Assembly (NCBI RefSeq): GCF_009914755.1
Contig: NC_060928.1
Length of the DNA: 64,000 bases
Reading direction: 5' to 3' (one strand)
From: the human T2T-CHM13v2.0 reference genome, Homo sapiens
Shown: positions 56,798 through 64,000 of the stretch, piece after piece
Numbering within the stretch: the first letter of the stretch is position 1
Layout: each line of letters starts with the position of its first letter
The notes under the pieces: generated by a model
What the model saw: only the letters and a program-made list of their open reading frames with translations
Told to the model about the DNA's origin: nothing
The model's database searches: none
Made by a program: the position numbers and the translations under genes

Positions 56798-57241
56798 TTA
56801 GATCAGTTGTATTAGTTCATTTTCATACTGCTGATAAAGACATAGCTGAGACTGGGCAATTTACAAAAGAAAGAGGTTTAAAAGTGGACTTACAGGTCCA
56901 TGTGGCTAGGGAGGCCTCACAATCATGGTGGAAGGCAAAAGGCACTTCTTACATGGCAGGGACAAGAGAGAGAACTTGTGCAGGGAAACTCCCGTTTTTA
57001 AAACCATCAGATCTCATGAGACTCATTCACTATCATGAGAACAGCACAGGAAAGGCCCACCCCCGTAATTCAATTACCTCCCACCGGGTTCTTCTCATGA
57101 CACATGGATATTGTGGGAGTTACAATTCAAGATGAGATTTGGATGGGGACACAGCCAAACCATATAATCAGTACAAAAGTAGTTGTGGTTTTTGCCATTG
57201 CTTTCAATGGCAAAAACCACAATACTTTTGCACGGATATAT
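56798..57241. mobile_element. MADE1 mariner-derived MITE split by a THE1A
   Basis: 'ttagatcagt' then 'acaaaagtagttgtggtttttgccattgctttcaatggcaaaaaccacaatacttttgcac'; TA on both sides. Confidence 0.9.
56808..57167 (-). mobile_element. THE1A-like solo LTR
   Basis: 'tgtattagttcattttcatactgctgataaagacata' to 'ggggacacagccaaaccatat'; exact TSD tcagt. Confidence 0.95.
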
Positions 57242-57585
57242 TATTATTTAATTGTATATCTAGCCATTCCATGATCTAGTCAAACTGACACATAAAATTA
57301 AAATTAACTATCACAGCTGTAATACCACAAACATTCATAATATCCCTTAATCTGAAAACAACCCCTCCTACCAATGTCTTTAGTCCCACCTCAATTGAGT
57401 TCTACTTGACAAACATTCTCTAAGACACATTTTATGCCCCAAGCACTGAGTTAGATGCTGAGGATACAGTTATGAATAAGACAGGGTCCCACTAACTCAT
57501 AGGCCCATGTGAGAAGTAGCTGTAAGTAGATTATTTCAGTGTATTATTATAAACTCAGTAATAAAGATAGGCATTGAAAAAGCTA

Positions 57586-57887
<302 letters not shown>

Positions 57888-59884
57888 CATAAGGATTCCC
57901 TAAATGAGGGGAATCTTTCTTCTATATTCATATCCAAAAAAATAGGATATCTATCATATCTTAAAAAACGCTCCTGCAAGGTGAGAATGTTATTGTTTGC
58001 TCAACAGTATCACTAAAAAGCCCTAAGCCATAAAATTATAAATTTCAAACTGACTTTAATTTTGAAGTTTAAGCAATTTCACCCACATAACAACCTCTAG
58101 AAATAGTGGCAACTTTTCTATTTCAATATAGGGTGCCAATTATCTCTTATAGCCTTTTAGCTTAAAGCAACAAACTATACTGACTTGATCCCCTTAGAAT
58201 AATATGTTTTACTTACTAAATTCTTATATTTTCTGGTATTCTAGACTAGGGCATTGCTCATTCTCAACAGGGCACAGGTGAAAAAGGTGGAGAGTCTCCT
58301 GAAGCTAGGGATGGAGGTAAGGAGAAACAATGAAAGGCAGGAAGACATAGCTAGATAATGAGATGCTAAGCCAGCTCAGGAGTCAGAGTTTGAGTTAGGA
58401 GGTGATTAATAGCAAGGGTGTTTGGTTGTCAACTTTCTCTGAAAGCAGAGCAATCTCTGTGAGTAGGCCAGGCTAGTGTTCCCTTTGAAGCCTGGTCCAC
58501 TGCTGGAAACCAGGTTGGTAACTCTTTCTGAAAAAGTCAATCTGACTAGCCAGGGAGGTAGTGCTGACCTCCACTCTCCCACAGGATGGCTGATACTGTA
58601 TTATGCCCTGCCCTTCATGATTGGATATGGAAAGGAAACAAGCACAGCCACAACTGGTTGCACCACCTTGGTCTTTGGAGGTTACCATTAATCACACATT
58701 TAGAAAAAAGCAGCATGCCAGGAACGGAGAGAAAATGTCAGAAACATGGTGAGGGATTGTGAACATAGCAAATGGATTGCTATAGAAATTTTTAATGGAA
58801 TATTTAAGATCTTGGAACAATAAAGAGATACTATGGAACAAACAAAGACAGGGCAAGATACATACGGATCAAGGAAAGCTCAATACCTTTGAACTTATTT
58901 AATGCTAAATGTTAAATTTTATGCCTCTGGGGTATTTCTTATATGGTCTATACCTTGCCTGTATCTCAGTTTTTCTCAAAGTAAGATGGACTGCTAATAA
59001 TGCCTATTTTATTATAGAGTTCTGTGAAGGATTGTACAAACACATACACACACGAGTGTGTATATATACACATTTTAAAATTGTGGTGGCATGGCTCATA
59101 GAAATTCAGAAGGAATTCAATAAATATTCATTGCTGTTATTGTCTTTATTATTATTGTTTTTTTTTTTTTTTTGCTTTAGTTCAACCATAACTCTTCTGC
59201 ATTCCCAGTAATAGAGAGTGAGGGACCTGGCTCTTCTGCAGTTTTTCATTATCTGCTATGCCTCAAATTTATTATGTTAATCCAATCATTATAAGTTCTG
59301 CTTGGACACAAATACATATTAAATGTGATCCATGGGTCCAGAATTGTGATCGTCATTAGCTGACCCTTTCATTATGACTAAAAGAAGTATTTTAGTATTT
59401 TATTTTGTAGCTAGTGTCTGACGCAGTTTTAGTCTCCATGAGGTCACCACAACTGCCCACACTTCACAGAGAAGACAATTGAGAGTCAGGGAGGTTAACT
59501 CATAAAAACATCAAAACACCTGGGTAAATTGGAAGACCCTGGATTTGAAACGAGGGCTGTTGTGTGTGGAAGTTTGATCTCTGTACCCTTCCTTCTCCTG
59601 CTTCCCTATAATGTCCTCATCAAGAAGTCATAACTGAACCTCAGTTGCTCCATTTCTGCCTCCTGCCTTGCACTGCTTCCCAGCCCCAAGAAGTCATCGA
59701 CTTGTGCTTCAGAAGGGTCTAAGGCATATTTCTTAATTCCACATTTGTTCACCATCCTTCTATTTCTTTCATCTGCTGAGCATTCAGACCTATCATCCCT
59801 CCGTTCCTTCAGTGAATGTCAACAGCCAGCTGGTGGAGCCTCCTTCACTCCCTCTAGTGAATTATCCCCCTAGATTACTAACGC

Positions 59885-60050
59885 CTGGTGGTTCTCAAAG
59901 TGTGGTCTCTGGGACAGCAGCAGCAGCATCGCCTGGAAGCTTATTAGAAATACAGATTATCAGGCCCTATCCCAGACCTCCTGCATGATAAACTCTGGAA
60001 ATAAGAACCTCTAGGTGAGCTTGATGCATGTTCAAGTTTGAATAACACTG
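59885..60050 (+). mobile_element. MER5A DNA transposon
   Basis: 'gtggttctcaaagtgtggtc...cagcagcagcatc...ttagaaat...aagtttgaataacactg'. Confidence 0.88.
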
Positions 60051-61834
60051 TAATAGTTTAGTAATGTGAGCAACACACATATATACCCACCCCTTGTTCA
60101 TTTGTACAATGCTGAATGAACCCTGTCTTGTTCCAATTCATGAAATCATGTAATGTAAAATTTTCTAAAATATGCTAAACTGTCACTGATATAAATTGAG
60201 CACGCTTATCAATTAGATGAGTACAATAAAATCGGGCCTTTGGGAAGTGCTTGTTAATAGGATGGGAGTGGGGGTTGGAGAGAACACAGAGAGGACAAAA
60301 AATCGTTTGAACATATGAATACTGAGTTCTAAAGTAAATTGCTACATGTAAACGAAATTTAAGGAGTCTGAGTCACAAATAATACACCAGTTTTGAACAC
60401 TCAAAAGGACTTATTCTTATGTTGATTTCTGGTGCATGTGCTCATTCACCACTTATTCTATACAACAAAGTCTAATTTTTGCTTTTCAAGTTCTTAAGGA
60501 AAACTATAGACCAATGCAGGAAATTGGGGAGAGGCCAATTCCCACAGAGACGAGGAAAATGTAATGATTCATAAAAGCTATAACCTGAGGAAGCACTGAT
60601 TCGGGCCAGTGCTCATACAAAAAAAAAAAAAAAAGTCTTAATGAGGGAAGAACAGTTAAACTTGGAGGAACTGAACAAAGTTCTTTCAAAAATCTGAAAA
60701 ATTCAAAATTTTCAAGCACATATGGCTTGGACCCCCACATTTCAAAGAGGAGATAATAAACGTGTTTTTTCCCGGCCACCTCCCCCAAATGCACTTGTCA
60801 CCATTCCCTTTCACATGCAGTTCCTTTTCTCTCCTCTACCTAAAAAATTCCTACGCATATGACAAGAAACTTGGGGAAGTGATCTTGTTTCTCACAATCC
60901 CAGACAGAGTTGCTGCTTTTCCTCTGTTCTTCCATTGTGCTCAACATTTTTCCAGAGAAGTGATTGTTATAATATCACACAGTTACACAGATTTTAAAAT
61001 CAAGCTCAGACTCTGAGCTCCTTAGAAAGGGTGAGATAGAAAGAGTCAAGAAAGAGCTGCCGAATAAGCAGGACCTCATCTAGGGGCTCAAATATCTTAA
61101 ATCTTTTTGTTCTAAAAAATTCAGAGAAACAGGAGAACAATTCCGCAATGTCAGTGCTAAGTAGGGCATCCTTGAGGCATATGCCTTCAGAGAAGGGAAG
61201 CTGGCCAGTTCCCTCTCCTAAATGGCTCTTTCCTCTTCTGTTCAGAACCACAGAAAGAGGCAGCCTATTACCATTATATTACTTTATCCCTCTTGAATTG
61301 CCCTTCCACCCCCCACATAAAACTCTTAGTGTCATCCGTCACCACACCTAGTCTAGCCCGCATTCAAGCCCTAATAAGTTTCTTTTTACCACAGGTGCTT
61401 ATTGCTAAGACTTTAATGAGCTACAGATTGTATTTACTTCTCTTGTAAATTGTTCATTATCCTTGCAAGAAATGCCACTTTCTTGCCATTTCCATTACTG
61501 GAGATACTCAAACTAAATCACTTTATGTGTACTTTTATTTTATTTGCAAATCATATATATCCATCCTTCAATTTCAGTTATAGGATGAATCAAATATTTA
61601 CAATGTTCTGATACCTTCAAATTTCTAAAATAAATTTTTCTGATCTTTTGTAAGCTGTAATAATTTTTTTCCAAAGACTATAGCACTTGGCCTTCAATTC
61701 GATTCATAAAATAACACAACGCATGAGGTGCATACACCCTAGAGTGGTGGAGAACAATGGCTCCAGAAACAGGCTGACATGCCTTTTACAGGGGCTGCTG
61801 ATATTTCTAGGAGCGGGATATTTAACCTCTCTCA

Positions 61835-62060
61835 TAACAATAATGGCTAATATTTATCCTAAACTCGCTTAGTGCAAGGTACTCTGCTAAGCACATAGCA
61901 TGCATTATCAGCTTTACAATAACCATAATGCAAAAGTATTATTCTCTTTTAACAGATCAGGAATCTGAGACACAGAGAGGTTAAGCAACTTGCTCAAAAT
62001 CACACAGCTAGTAAATAGGGGACCAAAATTTAAAGCCAGGCAAGGTGCCTCTGGGGTTCA
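61835..62060 (-). mobile_element. MIR
   Basis: 'acagatcaggaatctgagacacagagaggttaagcaacttgctcaaaatcacacagctagtaa'. Confidence 0.85.
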
Positions 62061-62709
62061 CTACTACTGCTTTTAAATGTAAGCCAACTCTTCTGTAAAA
62101 TAGGGATAATAATATTACCATTCTCAGGGGTTCCTTAAAAGGAAAACCGGGGGGCTAAGATACACATCACAATGTCCGCCTGCCTAGCATGGAGAGAGGT
62201 CTCCTGAGAGAGGCCAAAATGAGGAACTTCCCAAGCACACAGGCAAGTGATGAATTAAAAGTTATGGAGAAAGAAAAGTCAAATAAATGATCAAGAATTT
62301 GAATGGGATATAGAAGTTGAGAGCAACTACACGTGAAATTTGGCAATTACAACCACAGTGCATGGCAAGCTTTTTAGGAATTTTCTAAAAACTTTTCAAA
62401 AATAAAACCTTAACATGTGGTTAGTTGTCTCTACCTTTTTGAAAGCTCAAATGCATCTAGTTGCTTCTTTACTCACCATTTTGGGAAATAATACCCGGTC
62501 CCTACTTGCAAAGCCCTGATAAAAGGAACACTCTTATCAGAAGTGTAAAAACATAAAACTTGTTATATCCAGTTTTCTATTCTTCTCAGGTTGTTCTTTT
62601 TTCCCCTGATCTTTCTTTTTGTATCCACCTTTATCTCCCTAATAATTGCCCAGCATTCTGGCAAAACTTTAAATGTTTTGCCATCATTAATGGAAGGAAG
62701 AGAAGTAAC

Positions 62710-62880
62710 TTGTTAACTGTCATATCTGTACTAGGCATTGTACCAGGACCTTAGTGTAACCCACTCAATCCTCATAAACTCTGCAAGAAAGATCCTCCTA
62801 TTCCATTTTACAGATGAGGAAATTTGCCTTAAGCCTGTGGAACTGACCTTACCCTTCAACTTGCCTGAGATCCAGACACA
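62710..62880 (-). mobile_element. MIR fragment
   Basis: 'tcaatcctcataa...ccattttacagatgaggaaatt'. Confidence 0.7.
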
Positions 62881-63229
62881 AACTCCAAGGAGTTCATTCT
62901 TACGTGAACCCGTATATAATACAGATTACATCACCAAAGAAAATCCCATGCATCCGTTCTAAAGAAAAATCCTTCTGTTCCCTTTTTACTTATTAATGCA
63001 GCAATTGCTTTTCTCTTGTGACTGTGTTTGCTTCTCCTAGGAAGAGACACCTGTCTTTGCTCAAGGTTTTTGTGACTACAGATTGATAAACAGTTTCTTT
63101 CTCTGGTTTCTAGACTTCATGGGGCTTGCTTGCTTTTGGGATCTGATGCCCTCAAAGGCAGAGCCAGTGGTCCTTATTAAGAGATTCCCAAGTTTAGAAC
63201 TGTGTTTAGAACTCGAATTCCCAACATTC

Positions 63230-63275
63230 ATTTGCTAACTTTTAATTAGCATATTTGCTAACTTTTAATTAGCAT
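63230..63275. repeat. Perfect 23-bp tandem duplication (atttgctaacttttaattagcat x2)
   Basis: Seen directly. Confidence 0.95.
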
Positions 63276-64000
63276 GGTTTGGCTAAAGGCAAGATACAGG
63301 TCCAATAAACTGAGTGCTGTCAGGTCCCCTTCCCAAATCTGGCCAGGTGCTTGTACGCAGGTCAAATAATCTCTTCTCTGTCTTACCATTTCGGCCTCTG
63401 CCATACAGAATGTTGTTAACATACCTTAATTCTGAATCATGATATTCCTGTTCTTCCTGAGGATTTTTTTTTTTCCTCTGACTCTTACTTTTTTCTAGGG
63501 CTGAAATTAGGTCACTATTTCTAGAATGGCATGGTTTTATTTTCCTTTTTCCCTTTTCTAGGTTGCCAGCAATAAAATAATAGAAGCTGACGTCCTAAAA
63601 TGGGAGATAGAGGAAAACTGCGTTCCCATTTTTATATCAGAAATCTAAGCTCCCCGAAGGCTCTAACAGAGATAGTTTCCTTTCATTCTAAAATTGTCTC
63701 TAGAATAGAATATAGGCATAGAATATAGCATTTTTCACTGCATTTTTTTTAACATGTAGGTAGGTTGATTTCAAAGACTCAGATGAATCCCTGAGGAGAT
63801 ATTACCACAAAGGAAAATAACCAAAAAGACAGTATGCACTAAGCACTTAAGTGAGCTAGCAGTTTGCACTCAGTCACAAAAATGAAAATAAAAGCAATAT
63901 GAAAGGGAAGAACACTGACCTAGGAAGCAGAATGCATGCATCTGACTCCTTCTGGAGTGTGACTCCACATTAGTCACATTGTCCATCTGGCCTGCTGCCT

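Larger units (their letters stand above)
49233..57315 (-). mobile_element. MLT2 (D-like) LTR split into pieces (49233-~49250, ~56215-56797, 57242-57315)
   Basis: Left stub 'catattagttagggttt' continues as 'ataactaatagg' after the L1; ends 'aaattaactatcaca'; TSD gctgg/gctgt. Confidence 0.8.

Noticed and set aside
56695-57135. 146-aa ORF
   Set aside because: Chance frame across the MLT2, MADE1 and THE1A junctions.
61241-61261. RE1/REST-like site ttcagaaccacagaaagaggc (16/21 match)
   Set aside because: The mismatches fall in core positions of CAGCACC and GGACAG, so binding is unlikely.
63597-63632. 9-bp inverted repeat aaaatggga/tcccatttt
   Set aside because: Expected by chance several times in 64 kb of AT-rich DNA.

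Overview
AT-rich, CpG-poor primate (human-like) genomic DNA. I see no protein-coding gene, RNA gene or CRISPR array. The window is mostly interspersed repeats: Alu/FRAM, L1, L2, MIR, about 16 solo ERVL/MaLR LTRs, and MER/MADE1 DNA transposons. The long ORFs in the supplied track are broken L1 ORF1/ORF2 fragments or Alu read-throughs. The most striking structure is an ~8 kb nested stack at 49233-57315: an MLT2 LTR is split by a full-length, dead L1PA8A/L1PA10-like element, that L1 carries a THE1 LTR in ORF1, and the THE1 carries a tiny young L1 3' tail. The same MLT2 also holds a MADE1 split by a THE1A, and the MADE1 remnant still forms a miR-548-like hairpin. Other observations are a short dispersed, possibly templated duplication, several short tandem duplications, intact DUX4 motifs in two THE1 LTRs and two candidate regulatory elements. 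I found no convincing evidence of a novel biological system. Subfamily names come from recalled consensus sequences, and old-repeat boundaries are approximate; both need RepeatMasker/Dfam confirmation.
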